A stretch of 57,640 bases of DNA, from NCBI GenBank assembly GCA_001938485.1, contig MQRK01170283.1, positions 1 through 57,640 on the forward strand, given 5' to 3'. The position numbers were made by a program, and so were the translations under genes. This document shows, piece by piece, positions 27,219 through 40,647 of this stretch. Each line of letters starts with the position of its first letter. Position 1 is the stretch's first letter. The stretch comes from Girardia tigrina. Lineage: Eukaryota. Below the pieces are notes generated by a model. That model was not told where the DNA came from. It saw only the letters and a list, made by a program, of their open reading frames with translations, and searched no databases.

Positions 27219-28794
27219 TGATATGTTATTTGATTGATTATTTGAATCTAATGAAATTAATTTAATGATATTAAATTAAAGTACTAATTAATTAAATTTT
27301 GATAATTATGAATTTTAATAATATTTTCAGTAAACGATTTTAACTTATTAAATTTAATATTTTTAAAAATTAATGTTTATTTTAAAAATTACATAATGTA
27401 TTTTTATCCTATAAAAATTATGAGAAATAAAAATGTAATATTAATATTTCCCCATTCATTAATTTTTTCATATTTGAATACTTAATCAAAAACTATATTA
27501 ATCAAAGAAAGATGACCAATGAAAATTGTTGTGAAGAATCTGTTTGTATTGTAAATAAATGTTTGCATTCAAATTGTGATGTTGTTAATATTAATAATGT
27601 TGTATAACTAGTTGGAGAAAGTATTAGAATTTCCTGTCTTTAAAATGTGGACCGTTTATCTTCATGTATGCAAGTAACATGAGTAACCGTGAATTATTTA
27701 AAGACCCAGTACAGAGAAAGAGAGAAATTAGAAAATTGGTTGCACTTACATCTGATGGTGAGAATGGTCCAAGACTGATTAGGGGTAGAGCCACACCTTG
27801 TTAGACTTCTGAGTTTGTCCAACTTTGATGATAAGAAATAATTTATACTTGTCGGAAACGTTTGACAATAATAGATGAATTTTGGATGTTGCGGACTTAG
27901 CAAGATATGAAATATCGATATTGGATATTTATATTATTGAGATTTTAGAGAGGTTGAAGCTAGTATCCAAAAATATTGAACATATCTGTCCTACAAAGAA
28001 ATGTATTATCTTAATTATATATTATGTAGAAAACCACAAATAGTATTTTTAAATGATATTTAAATATATAAAGTATTATTATTATAAAATATATAAAGTA
28101 TATATATATGTATATATATATATATGTATATGTATATATATTCCGAGAAAAGTCAAAGCATTTATAAATTTACACATTATTAATATGCGACAAAACAATT
28201 TAATTTATTTTTTAACAATCGCGATGATTGAAAATTAAGAAAAAAATTAATAAAATTATCGATTTACGAATAAATTATTCATATTTTCAATATAATTAAA
28301 TTCAAAAGTGAATTAATAATTCCCAGTTGTATTAAACAACATTTTTTTGTTTAAATTGTGTAACGAAAATTTATTATTAGAAAAAAATTTATGCATTTTA
28401 CCAAATATAAATAATCTTTTCATTTTTATAATCATTAAAGGTTTTCATTATGAGCATTAAATATTTAAATTTTTTTCTTAGACAAAATTATTATAAAAAT
28501 TTTTTTAGTTTACTAAAACATTTTTTTATAAATCCCTATTGTTGATTTTCTAATTTTTCAATATCTTAAATAATACATTTTTGATTTATAATTTTATTAA
28601 AAAAACTTCTAAAGAATTCTTAAATGGAACAATCTTGTGTAATTTTTTTCATAAGCAAACATATCGAAGGTACATCACGATATTAATTTAAAAGGCAAAC
28701 CTTATGGCAAACCTTTAAAAATATCATCTTTAGGCATAAATATTAGATAAAAGGTTAATAAGTGTAGTGCCTTACTCAAATAACAATTAATATA

Positions 28795-30911
28795 CGTGGT
28801 GCGCTCAATAAGTAGTGAGACTAACATAAAAATAATAATCCGATTCCAATGAAATTTATTTTTCATAACAAGCAATTTGTAAAGGTATCATTTCTCAAAG
28901 AAATCTCCATTCACACCAACACATTTTTTCCAGCGCACAACAAGGTCCAGAAAGGCTTTTTCGAAGAATTTCGGTGGCTGTTGAGCCAAAAAATTTGAGA
29001 CTGCATCCTTCAAGTCTTCTTTCGTAGCAAAATATTTACCCCTGAGAGCTCGCTTGAGGTGGTTGAAGAGATGATAATCGGATGGCGCCAGATCAGGGCT
29101 GTATGGAGGGTGTGAGAGCAGGCTGAGGCCACAACCCTCAATTGATGACAATGACAGCCCACTTGTGTGGGGGTGCATTGTCGTGCAAATACTATAACTC
29201 ACAAATTCTTCTCTTCCTACTCAGCCTATTAGCACATAGCACGAGCCGAGAGTAGTATTCACTGTTGATACGAACACCAGCTTCCGCAAAATCAGCAAGG
29301 ATCATTTCATTTGCATCCCAAAAAGTGGTGAGCATGAGAGCTTTTTTGTGAGAGTTTGATGATCGCATCTTCTTCGAACACCTTTCCCCTGGCAGCTTCC
29401 ACTCTTGCGACTCACGTCTTGATTCTGGGACATAAAGGGCAAGTGGTGTTTCATCCATTGTCATAATACAGGGTGCGGCAGCTATTTGAGAACAAAATGA
29501 CATAAAGTTCAAAAAATGAATATACAACAGAAAAATAACATTTATTACAATTTAAAATTTGACATATATTAACACGTACATAAANNNNNNNNNNNNNNNN
29601 NNNNNNNNNNNNNNNNNNNNNNNNNNNNNNNNNNNNNNNNNNNNNNNNNNNNNNNNNNNNNNNNNNNNNNNNNNNNNNNNNNNNNNNNNNNNNNNNNNNN
29701 NNNNNNNNNNNNNNNNNNNNNNNNNNNNNNNNNNNNNNNNNNNNNNNNNNNNNNNNNNNNNNNNNNNNNNNNNNNNNNNNNNNNNNNNNNNNNNNNNNNN
29801 NNNNNNNNNNNNNNNNNNNNNNNNNNNNNNNNNNNNNNNNNNNNNNNNNNNNNNNNNNNNNNNNNNNNNNNNNNNNNNNNNNNNNNNNNNNNNNNNNNNN
29901 NNNNNNNNNNNNNNNNNNNNNNNNNNNNNNNNNNNNNNNNNNNNNNNNNNNNNNNNNNNNNNNNNNNNNNNNNNNNNNNNNNNNNNNNNNNNNNNNNNNN
30001 NNNNNNNNNNNNNNNNNNNNNNNNNNNNNNNNNNNNNNNNNNNNNNNNNNNNNNNNNNNNNNNNNNNNNNNNNNNNNNNNNNNNNNNNNNNNNNNNNNNN
30101 NNNNNNNNNNNNNNNNNNNNNNNNNNNNNNNNNNNNNNNNNNNNNNNNNNNNNNNNNNNNNNNNNNNNNNNNNNNNNNNNNNTCATTCGTAAGAGTAGCT
30201 TCTGCCATGTCTACCAGCAAAAATAAAATTATGTAATTATAACACACAGAAAGATATGGTGTCTATATTACGTGTTCTCAAATAGCTGCCGCACCCTGTA
30301 TTCTGTAAGAAGCGGTCTCCAATACGTTCATAGAGGTTTAAGTTTTCCTGGCAACACATCAATCACCGATCCTTCAAGTCTGCTGTAAAAAACCGTGGCA
30401 CGAAGCGTGAACACAATTTTATATTTCCAGTTTCCGCAAGAAGTGATTATATGGTACCTGTTCTGACATTTAATCGCATTGTCAATTCTCTGGTGGTGAT
30501 TCGTCGTTCACACTGCACGATTTTCTTGAATTTTTTCGCTATTTATTCGCCAATTTCACGTGGCCTACCTGACTTTTCTTTATGAAAAATAGACGCTCGA
30601 CCATCTCGAAAAGGGTTGAACCATCGTTTAACAGTAGATATGGATGGACTCTCTTCACCATAAACAGAACTAAGCTCCACGAATATTTCTTCCCGGCTTT
30701 TCCCTTTCATTGACAAGAAACGAATAACGCTTCGATATTGGACGTTTTCCAATGACATTTTCGAATTTATGCGCTCTCTAACCTAAACACAAACAATAGA
30801 TTAAAACAAATATCACAAATATTACCTTAATAACTTGCTTGTTATGAAAAAAAATTCATTGGAATCAGAATATTATTTCTGTTAGGCTCACTACTTATTG
30901 AACGCACTACG
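28795..30911 (-). mobile_element. Full-length decayed mariner with about 80-bp imperfect TIRs, interrupted by a nested element
   Basis: TIR CGTRGTGCGYTCAATAAGTAGTGAG with TA TSDs; the inverted similarity extends about 80 bp. Transposase runs from 30758 (MSLENVQYRSVIRFL) through MTMDET, HDNA and HPPYSPDLAPSDYHLF to 28888. Confidence 0.93.
29469..30298. mobile_element. Tc1/mariner-superfamily TIR element nested in the mariner; interior mostly gap
   Basis: Perfect 26-bp TIR CAGGGTGCGGCAGCTATTTGAGAACA with TA on both sides. Removing it restores the host frame FLQNIMTMDET. Confidence 0.9.
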
Positions 30912-32270
30912 TAATATAGATAATTATAATACAATATAATATAATAATTTACATATTTTAAATATAATATAATTTTATTTGATATACAGAGCCTCTTAAT
31001 TTATAAAACTTAGGAAATACTAATACGAAAAAGTGAAAGTTCGATAAGTACCCGAACTAATCAAGAAAACAACAAACAAAAAATATAATATTTTATCACA
31101 AAATGAAGTCGAATCTCTTCTTTTTTTAAGATAAGAACAACCGTTCTCTGTGTACTTCTTCCAGCGCTCAACCGTACTGATTTCATTCAAAAAAATTATT
31201 TTTAAAGAAATGTTTGGACTGTTTGCCCAAGAAAATGATCTAATTCTTCTTCAGCTTATCTAGATTTTCAAAGTTTTTACCTCGAAAAAAAGATAAAAGT
31301 TACACGGTGGGGATTTATGAGGAGTTCCCTAATTAACCGATATTGTCTGGTGAATTATCCTCCAACAACATCAGTGAATGTCTTCTTATCTTTTGTTTTT
31401 TTCTTGTCTCCTCATATTTTTATGGTAGGAAAATGTTGTGTAAACTTGTTTTCATGTAGGTGACTCCACTTAATGTGATTGTTGACAAAAACAGTTTAGA
31501 TTAAAGGCTTTTATCAATAATATGGAGAAAATCGTCTTCATATTCCTTGATCTTTTCCAGGTTACGTGTAAGTCAATTTTTCTATATTTTTGATGAAAGA
31601 GTCTGTACATGAGGGTGGAATACCCATCCCTTCTTATATCTTTAGATTGATCCAATCCTTTATTTATTAGACTTATTCATGCAACACATTTCCAATACTC
31701 ACCCTTTACGTTTGTGTCTCGGAATTTGGTGCTCTTTCATCACAAAATTTCCACGTTTTTTTAATTTTCGATCACTAATCTCACACAATAATCATCAAAC
31801 TTTGATTGTAGATTATTCCTAAATTAACTACTTCAACTATAGATTGTAGTGCTTGAGGTACATTCATCCATATAAACCTTTGGTTGAAACTTGAGGATTT
31901 GTTCAGTCTTGTCATGGAATCAGCAAACTGACAACTTTAAAAAACTTGATAATTCATTGAGTAAAGATAACATTACTTGGTAAAAATCTGAAATTACATC
32001 AGTATGGCGGAATAAAAAATAATTTCCACATAATATTTAACGTTCCACCTTATTTCGCGTCCACGTAACGTTATATTACAAATCAAATCAAAGTTTTACA
32101 CAAATGAAATATTTTATAATAATATTTCTTTATTGTTTCATTATTTAAATGGATAATAATCAAATAAGGTGGTACTGTTCAAAAAAGTTTTATTTTGAGA
32201 AATATTTATTTATTTTCTTTAACCAGAGGAGAAGAGTATTTTAAGTCTGTATCATAATTTTAATTTACAT

Positions 32271-32355
32271 TTGCGAGGAATATTTTGAATGTTTGATGTT
32301 TTGTGTTTGATTGTTGTATGTTGATTTGGAATTGTCTCTCCTACCCAGATGGATG
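32271..32355 (+). repeat. Conserved motif of unassigned dispersed family (copy f)
   Basis: TGCGAGGAATATTTTGAATGT...CTCTCCTACCCAGATGGATG. The downstream 32420-32520 nearly matches 57330-57430, and 32630-32710 encodes DKDCIKNNPNCCVNKNMESQIGGLN. Confidence 0.72.
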
Positions 32356-33949
32356 ATTAATATTTGAATTCTTATTATCTAAAAATATGTAATGTTTAAA
32401 TTTATTTTTAAATTCAAATAATGGTAAAATTTTAAATAAGTTAATTAATTTTTACAATTTTTAATAAATAAATCAAACTAATATTTTTTTAAATAATTAA
32501 TAATCATTTTAATTTTTATCCAATAAGTTTCGAGTAAATATTTTAATAAATTATTTATGTCTCCGTTTGCTACAAATAAGAATTAATTTATTAATCAATT
32601 TAGTTTAGAATTCAATCGTAGGAAAGCTTTGACAAAGATTGTATTAAGAACAATCCAAATTGTTGTGTAAATAAAAATATGGAAAGTCAAATCGGTGGTC
32701 TTAATAAAATTTAAAAATATTTGAAGTGCATTAAATAATTTGATAAGTGTACTTTAACTTTGAATGTGAATCTCTAAAATAATTAGTTAACTGAACGCTA
32801 CATTTACCTAATAATTGTGATGGATCAGTGCATCATTAAAGACAAAACATTTTCTTTAATTGCTAAAATATACTTAAAAGTATACTTAACGGAGTCCATC
32901 AGCTAATGGCGTCAATAAATTTAATGTCAACATTGTGAAAGAAACGGACACATAACGTCAGATTGTTTTACAAATATGGATAGGATACAGAGTCATGGCA
33001 GAATGCCACCCGCAAGGATCTGTGAACGACGACTGAATCAGAAGACCAGAAGAGTTAAATTCTGACAGTAGAAGAAAATGAAAACTTGTAGATGAAAGAA
33101 ATTGCCAACGATTTATTGACATTTTCAAAAGATTGACCTCCACCAAGCGGGGCTTTGGTATGAGCCATATTTTAGAAATTGGAAATAATTATTCCCGTGT
33201 GGTCGCGAACTCTAAAGAGCATGCAGCATAGAGGGTTTAAAGATTTTTGGAAATAACTTATAATCAGAAAGGAATGAATACATTGCACTGAGAAGACGAG
33301 TGTATTACCTATTTTTACAATAAATACATAATAGGCCTAGAGTTACTGTGAATATTCACGGAAAGGAGTCTGAGTGTCCTTTGAATACCAGAACGAATTA
33401 GCGAATGTAGTATTGATGTGGTTATTTGACGAAGATTTACAAAAGACAATCAAAAAACAACTATGGGGAAGATTAAAACGTAAAAGACAGCTAAAACTCG
33501 GAGAAAATAACTCGTTTTGAAGTACTTGAAAGTTTTATTCCAGATGTTATAGGTAGAATATTATTTTTGAGGCTTCTTTGGGATGTACTGTGTCAGCAGG
33601 GACTCAGTTGCAGTGGCAATTATCATTGTGAAATAGAAAACAAATTGGAGAACAGTATAATCATTTGAGAGATTTAAAAAAAGCAAAAGATTTTTGAAGT
33701 TTTAAAAGGTATAAGTTCAAAACTAACATGTATTTTGAAAAGAAATGAAGATGTACTCATCACAGACAAGTGTGATATGTACCCATTTGGTGCACATAAA
33801 AGGAGACCCGATTAAAGTAAACGTATATTTGTAGCCGTTGTGTCTCGAAGGACAAATTAATGAAGTGATTCGTATTGTATTAGAAGATAATATCATCGGA
33901 AAATGTAGCACAAAATGGAATATACATCTAATTTGCTTATGGAAAAAAA

Positions 33950-34295
33950 ACATTGGAATCTGTTAAGATTTTCAAAATTTGAATCTGGCCACCGAGAGAC
34001 AAGTATTCGTTTTTTAGATATTAACGATATTTTGGATTTATTGTGCGATGAAAATACTTTACTTCTATGGATCTTAGGAATGTCTAATATTAAGTGATGT
34101 TAGATCGAAAAAGAACAAAATCTTTTTACTAGAATGTCATATGGTATAGCTGCAGTACCAGATACTTTTCAAGAAATAATGACAAAGGTCATTTTGAGAA
34201 AGAAATGGATTTAAAGTCTATTTGTTTGATATCTTAATATTTACAGAAAATATAGACCAACACTACCACGTACTCAACACTATACTAAGAAAAGT
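33950..34295 (+). mobile_element. Decayed Ty3/Gypsy reverse transcriptase fragment
   Basis: FTRMSYGIAAVPDTFQEIMTKVI...KVYLFDILIFTENIDQH corresponds to the RMPFG...FQ and YLDD motifs, with YLDD changed to YLFD. Confidence 0.75.
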
Positions 34296-34606
34296 CTACA
34301 TAAAACTTCATTGATCACCATCTCCCAGTTATTAATAAATTGTGAACACAAAATCTTTAACTTACTTAAATGAACTTTACTTTTTAAACCATTCTTGTTA
34401 TGTTGAGTAATATTACTATCACGTCCCCTTCGATCATGTTACTGAATCATGTTTATTTATATATACTGAAATATATATATTACTGAAATATATAATATAT
34501 ATTAACAATATATAAACAATTCGAAATCTCATCGATGCAATTTGACTGAAATGTCTGACCAAATGGAAATCTGAGAGAACGTTGTGTTCTCTCAACTGTA
34601 CCAGGT

Positions 34607-34909
34607 TTGACACTGATGAAACTCAGTATAATAACACATTTGGCCAATGCAAAAGAATCGCACATCGACAAAATACATTTTGTTTTGAATTCCTTTGCTA
34701 TTGTCGCATACGATTGCGAGAAACCGAAATTCGGACAGAAATATTCTCTTCTTGACGTAGAAGAATGCCCAGAAGCAAGTCCGATCAGTATTGAAACATT
34801 ACCTGATAAAACTCTAAATGTGTATCAGGAATCAAATTTTATATATACGGAAAAAAGAATAAAAAGAGAGTGTATAGTTAAATTCGTGGAGAGTGCATTC
34901 CATTCGTAG
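34607..34909 (+). pseudogene. Chuvirus-type (Jingchuvirales-like) glycoprotein / env N-terminal fragment
   Basis: AIVAYDCEKPKFGQKYSLLDVEECP...NVYQ...ECIVK matches, from memory, the xYDC...SLLDVxEC N-terminal signature of chuviral glycoproteins and the LTR-element env ORFs derived from them. Confidence 0.6.
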
Positions 34910-35170
34910 CCTTCCCATCAAACTCAAAACAATCCGAAATCTCATCGCTGTAATTTGACTGAAATATCTATCTATCTATATATATATATATATATATATN
35001 NNNNNNNNNNNNNNNNNNNNNNNNNNNNNNNNNNNNNNNNNNNNNNNNNNNNNNNNNNNNNNNNNNNNNNNNNNATAAATAAAAATGTTTAATTTTTTCG
35101 TCACCTTTTAAAGTAAATTATATTTATTAAAATTGTGAAAAATTGTATTATTCAAACAATTCAATAGAAA

Positions 35171-35212
35171 ATTGCTGATGATGATGTATAATAACATCGA
35201 AACATGTCCAAT
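35171..35212 (+). ncRNA. Minimal type-I hammerhead ribozyme, intact core
   Basis: Stem I ATTG/CAAT, CTGATGA (35175-35181), extra T, stem II GATGT/ACATC, GAAA (35199-35202), palindromic stem III ACATGT, and a GUC triplet with cleavage predicted after 35208. Confidence 0.85.
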
Positions 35213-36805
35213 AGTTGTATAAAAAAAAGCTTTAATCAAATTATATTTTCGAAATATATATATATATATAATTTATTATAATAACAAATAAATTGTAGGA
35301 TACTACAGAAATGAACATGTAAAAGATTAATTAGTTAAGATTAATCTTAAATTAATCTTATTTTTACATAGTCTAATGAATTTCAGACAATCCTGTAGAA
35401 TATTTTTATAAATATTTAAATTCATCAGAATCTGTAATTTAAAAAACATACAATTTCGTAATCTCTTTGTCCACAAATAAACTTGTAGAGATTTTTTAAT
35501 TTTGCGTTTTATCCTAAAAAACAATTTTTTGTAAGTTTCTTAACTGAAATTTTTGTTCAAGACATAATAGTTATAAATTAAATTTTCCATGGTATATTAT
35601 ATTTTATTTATTACATTATGCCCCATCATTCTTTGAGCCCAAATAATCATGACTCACCCTAAATGATTTCGTTGCAAATTTTCCTTTTTCTGACAAACTA
35701 AACCGACTCAAATAGACCGAAAATTTATTTATTGTTGTTCCAAATTGATAAACAACATAAATGTTAAATTTTATTTCCAAAGAAACAGAATAAATGCATT
35801 TGTTTTCTTTTTTACAACACCAATTTTGCAAGAATAAAGATTTAATTGATTTTTTACTGGTAAAAAAACTTTGTTTATAAAATATTTAATTTAATAAATC
35901 ATATTTTACAAAAGGTTTAAAATAAATTAAAGTTTTTAGAAAGAAGATGTATATCTTACATATGTCAAAATTAGATCCAAATATTCAATCTTATGAAAAT
36001 ATTGTTAAAATTATTGATTTAAAATTTTTAAAAAAGCATTTTTTTAGAAAAAAATCCATATTTGTCATGTTTTGATCACAATATTTGGTCATCTTCATCC
36101 ACTTTATTTGTGTTGTCATTTATTTTTATTTTGATGGAATCCATAAATTACCAATAAATTGGAATAATGTTGTTGTTAATAATGGTCGTTTTTGTTAGTA
36201 AAAGTTTGATTAAAACTTTTTTGGAATTTAAATATTTTAAATCGTAAAAAAACGAACTTTCATATTTGTACACCTAATAATTAAAGAAAAAATAATATTA
36301 AAGTTCGATTTTATTGGTTAATATTTAATTTAATTTAATTTATTTTTTTAAACATATTTAATATTGACTATTAAGAACACCAACATGGGTTTTCGAACCT
36401 TTATTTTCTATAAAATCAGAATTGTCTTTTGGACAACTCTCATCAAAACTCTCGTCATTCGACATCGTTCTAAATTGATAAATTTTAGTTAATGTTTTTT
36501 AATAAACAATTATTCAAACAAAGTTTTCTTAATTTTTAGATTTTATTTTTAAAGTTCAAATTTTGTAATTTTAGTAATAATTTTATCTACATATTAATTT
36601 TATTTAAAAAATGATTTTTTGTAAAGAAAGAACATTTATTTAATTTAAAAATTAGTTAAAAGTTATTTACTTTATTTAAATTTTTAATATTAAAATTCGA
36701 AACGATTTAATATTTTTAAAGTTTTTTTTAAAAATTTTATGCTGTACTTTAAAATGCAAATTATACTCGAATAATTATTCATCGTGAACATCCAAAATAT
36801 CAATT

Positions 36806-36905
36806 TTCCATCTGGGTGGGAGAAACACATTTCCAAATACTAAACTCAACATACAAAATTCAACATACCAATTTCAACATACCAAATTTAAAATATTCCT
36901 CACAT
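36806..36905 (-). repeat. Conserved motif of unassigned dispersed family (copy g)
   Basis: The minus strand reads TGTGAGGAATATTTTAAA...TTCTCCCACCCAGATGGAA. ATG at 36465 opens MSNDESFDESCPKDNSDFIENKGSKTHVGVLNSQY. Confidence 0.72.
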
Positions 36906-37149
36906 TGAGACTGCTTTAATTTTCCAATTTCGGATTCACGATACAAAATTTCATTATATGAATCAAAATTCTTCTGAAGAATAGAAAATTTATCTTTTGA
37001 AATTGATGAAGTTCTATCTTGGTAACATTTACAGTGATCAAGAACCTTACTCTATTTACTAATCTGGGTTTCGAGAGGACGATTTGTCTCTTCAATGTGA
37101 ACCTCTATCCTTCTTTCAGATAGTAAGCTTATGGGCTTTTTGGAAAGAT

Positions 37150-37800
37150 ATTACATGCTGACAATGCATTAATACCACTCTCTCTATGCAGAGATTGACA
37201 TGATACTGCTCCGCCCGTTAACCTACATCATTACAGCACCGCTTATCAGGATTGATTCATCATAAATCCTTGCGATGCTATCTCAAGTAAGGGATTGCTA
37301 GCCACCATATGATACAATCACTTATGACCTTTGCAAACAGTGAATGACACAGCGTCGGATACTTTAGCCTAGAGACGAACGCTTGTTTCGTAGGGACACT
37401 GCTTGGTTGCCGAAGCAACTGATCCTCAATCTCTCCAGTGTGAACCTCCCATCTCTTTCGAATGGTATTGATCTTTAGCCTCTTCAGAGGGTCCACCTAA
37501 TCTTATATATCACTAGCAGCCCCCATTAGGCCTCCTACAGGGTCGGATAGTTTCGGTCTCCGAAATCTTTTCGGTTTCCCTGTGAGAAACGACCACTCAT
37601 GGGTTGTATATCCATGGTTCTGCATACCTTTGGCTGTATTCTTGAAATTCGTACAGTCGCGAAAGGGACATCTGAACTCTCCCATTGTAGTTAGATCTAC
37701 AATTCTAAAGTCAGATGTGTTTCTTCAGTGCCCATCGCTTCCTCCACCGCCGTTGAGATAGTTTGGGGGTGCCATCATGGATTGAGTCTGGTTGTCTGGA
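37150..37800 (-). mobile_element. Probable N-terminal fragment of an RLE non-LTR retrotransposon (C2H2 zinc finger)
   Basis: GC-richer island with FRCPFRDCTNFKNTAKGMQNHGYTTH (C-x4-C-x12-H-x4-H), typical of R2/NeSL-type N-termini. Frames are broken downstream. Confidence 0.45.
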
Positions 37801-38340
37801 ATGTTGAGGTTTTCTACAACTCTTTCTTCTGTGTTATTTTTTTAACTGGTTTGCGCTAGTGTCATTGTCGGTTCTCTCCAAAGTACGAGTTTTAACATGC
37901 ATAATATTTAAATTTGGGCACAAGATTAGGTTTGACTATATTTTCAGTTTTGGATTTCACTTAAAAGTAATTTCTTGCTTAGGATTTTACGGACACTATT
38001 TTAACATTATCGATACTTTTATCAATGTTCCCCTTCATCCTTCTTCTTGGTTTTGTTAGAGTGGATTCTATCTAGTATCAATTTAATATTTCTTTCTTTA
38101 TTAGTTTTTTTTTTCGGGACATATTATTATGAAAAATTTCCTAAGAATGTCAAGTCCATCGTATGTACTCGCAAAGGTTATGGAAAGATTTCGTATTCTA
38201 TGAATTTAACCCTTGATCGTACTTCCTTCGTATATCTCTTTACAGTAACTTTTTGATTTTTTATAAAGTTATGTGTCTGTTACATTTCCGTACTAATATG
38301 TTTCATATTTACCGTTCAATCATTAGATAGGCGCAAACTC

Positions 38341-38480
38341 GAACAAGTAATCGAAAATAAAACACAACTATTAGGCTACTTCTTACAAAAACTCAAAATA
38401 TATGAACGAAAATATTCAACTTTCGACTAGGAATTATTGGCAATATACCAAGCCATCATGTATTTCAAACACATACTAGA
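38341..38480 (+). mobile_element. Ty3/Gypsy RNase H remnant
   Basis: LGYFLQKLKIYERKYSTFD*ELLAIYQAIMYFKHILE. Confidence 0.8.
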
Positions 38481-39471
38481 AAAGAAAGTTTCTAGTGATA
38501 TTTGTAATAATAATATAAATTCGTGTTTGAAAAATAAATGATCCTTTTTACACGTTTTAATCAAAAATCAAATGATATCCGTTGTATAAACAGGTTTTTT
38601 TTCTGGTCAAACATATATATTAGAAGTAGGATTAAAAGTTTGGTACATAGAGTCTGGAACTTAAGGTCAACTTTTGAGTCACTAGATGATTATGACGATG
38701 ATGGATTTATTAAAAGTTATTCGAATAAAATCGTAAAGATACTGTTGAATCCATTTATTCAAAATCAAATAATAATTCAAAATTTTTTATATTTTAATTG
38801 AAAATTGAATCACTAAAATTATCGTATTCAGAGAAAGTTAAAGAGTTTAAACGCTCCTTCGAAAATCGAATACGTATTAAAGAATCTTTTTTTAACTTAT
38901 GAATGACGAAACTATTTTTTTATTTATACTTTTTTTTAATATTTTATGGTTACAGGAAAATCACGATTTATAAACGAGTGTTAAATGTATATTTATTATT
39001 AGCGACATTAGAGTCGAAGAAACCCTTTTATAAAACCCATATTGTAAGATTATTAAATAATTTAATTTCTAAGGGCTTAGATACACTACGAAGGTTCTTC
39101 ATTTATTTTGTGTCTAGTCGGATTAATTCGATACATGGGATTATAACTGCCTCTCTTTCTTTAAAGATCGAAAATTAATTTTATTTAATCTTAATTAAAT
39201 TTTAAGCATGTTATTTCATTAAATTAGTACTATTTATAATATTCTAAAAATGACAAAAAAAATATTTATTCGATTGAAACCAAAAGCTCGAAAGAACATT
39301 TTAATATTTTAAATCGGAAATATTTCATTTGGTCCTACTTTTTGCTACTTAAATTTGGTATTTATGTGGTAAAAATAATTTACGAATATCGATTAAAGAC
39401 GCCTTGTAAAATACACCTATTTTTTCATATATTCATAACACAAGAATGAAAGAATATAAATTAGAAAAATC

Positions 39472-39994
39472 CTAGAAAAATAACCTTCATATATGCCGGG
39501 TGAGATGAATTTTCGACTTTGAAAGTTTCTGTTTTAATTTTTAAATCGTAATTTATTATTAATTGTTTCGAATTTTGTGTTGATTTAACAGTCCGTCAAT
39601 TAAATCGGCTCCCGGAGTCTTTCGGTAAAGGCGCTATACAGACAAAACCATCTCGATGCGGACTATGCAAAGCTATCTAAACTTTACGCGGATTCACTCA
39701 CTTCCTCCAATATTTCTCTTTTTATCAGCATATATGTGATCATAGTAAAATTTGAGCTTGACCGACAAATCGTGAATCAGATGATAACGAAATTTTGCAA
39801 ATTTAACCTAAATTGATTTTTAGAAATATAAATAGTAAATAAGTGATAGAAATCGCGACAGAATTGTATTGATGCGGGGTATCCAGATTGACCACGTCAT
39901 TAAATGGATTCACTCTGGTTCCTCCGCAATTTCACATTTAAAAGCGTGACCGACAACCAAACAAACACACTTTTTAGACAAATATTATATATAT
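39472..39994 (-). mobile_element. Non-autonomous Helitron-like element (copy 3) with about 200-bp internal insertion
   Basis: Reverse complement of copies 1 and 2 (CTAG end at 39472). Interrupted at about 39660-39875 between duplicated GATGCGGACTAT / GATGCGGGGTAT. Confidence 0.7.
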
Positions 39995-40647
39995 TTTTTT
40001 CTCATGATGGATTGTGGATAAGGAAGCCTCCTGTGAGGAAACGAGTGACTCCTCGTCACACAGACTCCCTTCTTCATAGTTTGATGTTGTAGAGTTCTAA
40101 AGTTTTCTCTATTGATATTGTTGAATACTTTCTTTCAGATGTAACACATGAGAGTACCAGAACCGTTCGTTGTGGATATCTCAAGGAGTTTATCACTCAC
40201 AACTTTGTTTATACTTTCAATCAAGAATATTGCTCACGGAAAACAATATTAAGGGTCTTTAATTGAAAAATCAGTAATATTCAACTCTTATATTCTTTGA
40301 CAACTAATCTGGCAAATTTATTGCATTTTCTCTCATGATTTTTGGCTTGTAGGAACCCGATATAATGCGAGATACACTTTTATAGAATGAAACGTAACAC
40401 CTTCCAGACTAGGAAAATTCCACTCCTTGTTCTACATTCCAACAGGATGGTGCCCATACGAAAGCTACCTAGATTGTAAAAATATAATTTCAAGCTCAGA
40501 AATTGTTTGCTTGTTAATCAATCAGACTCTAATGCCCGCATATTTTTTTATTTATAACAAAATCTGCATATGATTATCTATTTTGTGTGTGGTGTTATAA
40601 ACAAAATCATTTTTGTATTTTAAATTGGTTTGACTGCTTTTTTTTAT

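Noticed and set aside
36806-36850. WW-domain-like FPSGWEKH on the + strand
   Set aside because: Other copies of the motif have TAG at the Trp codon and lack the rest of the domain; better explained as non-coding.
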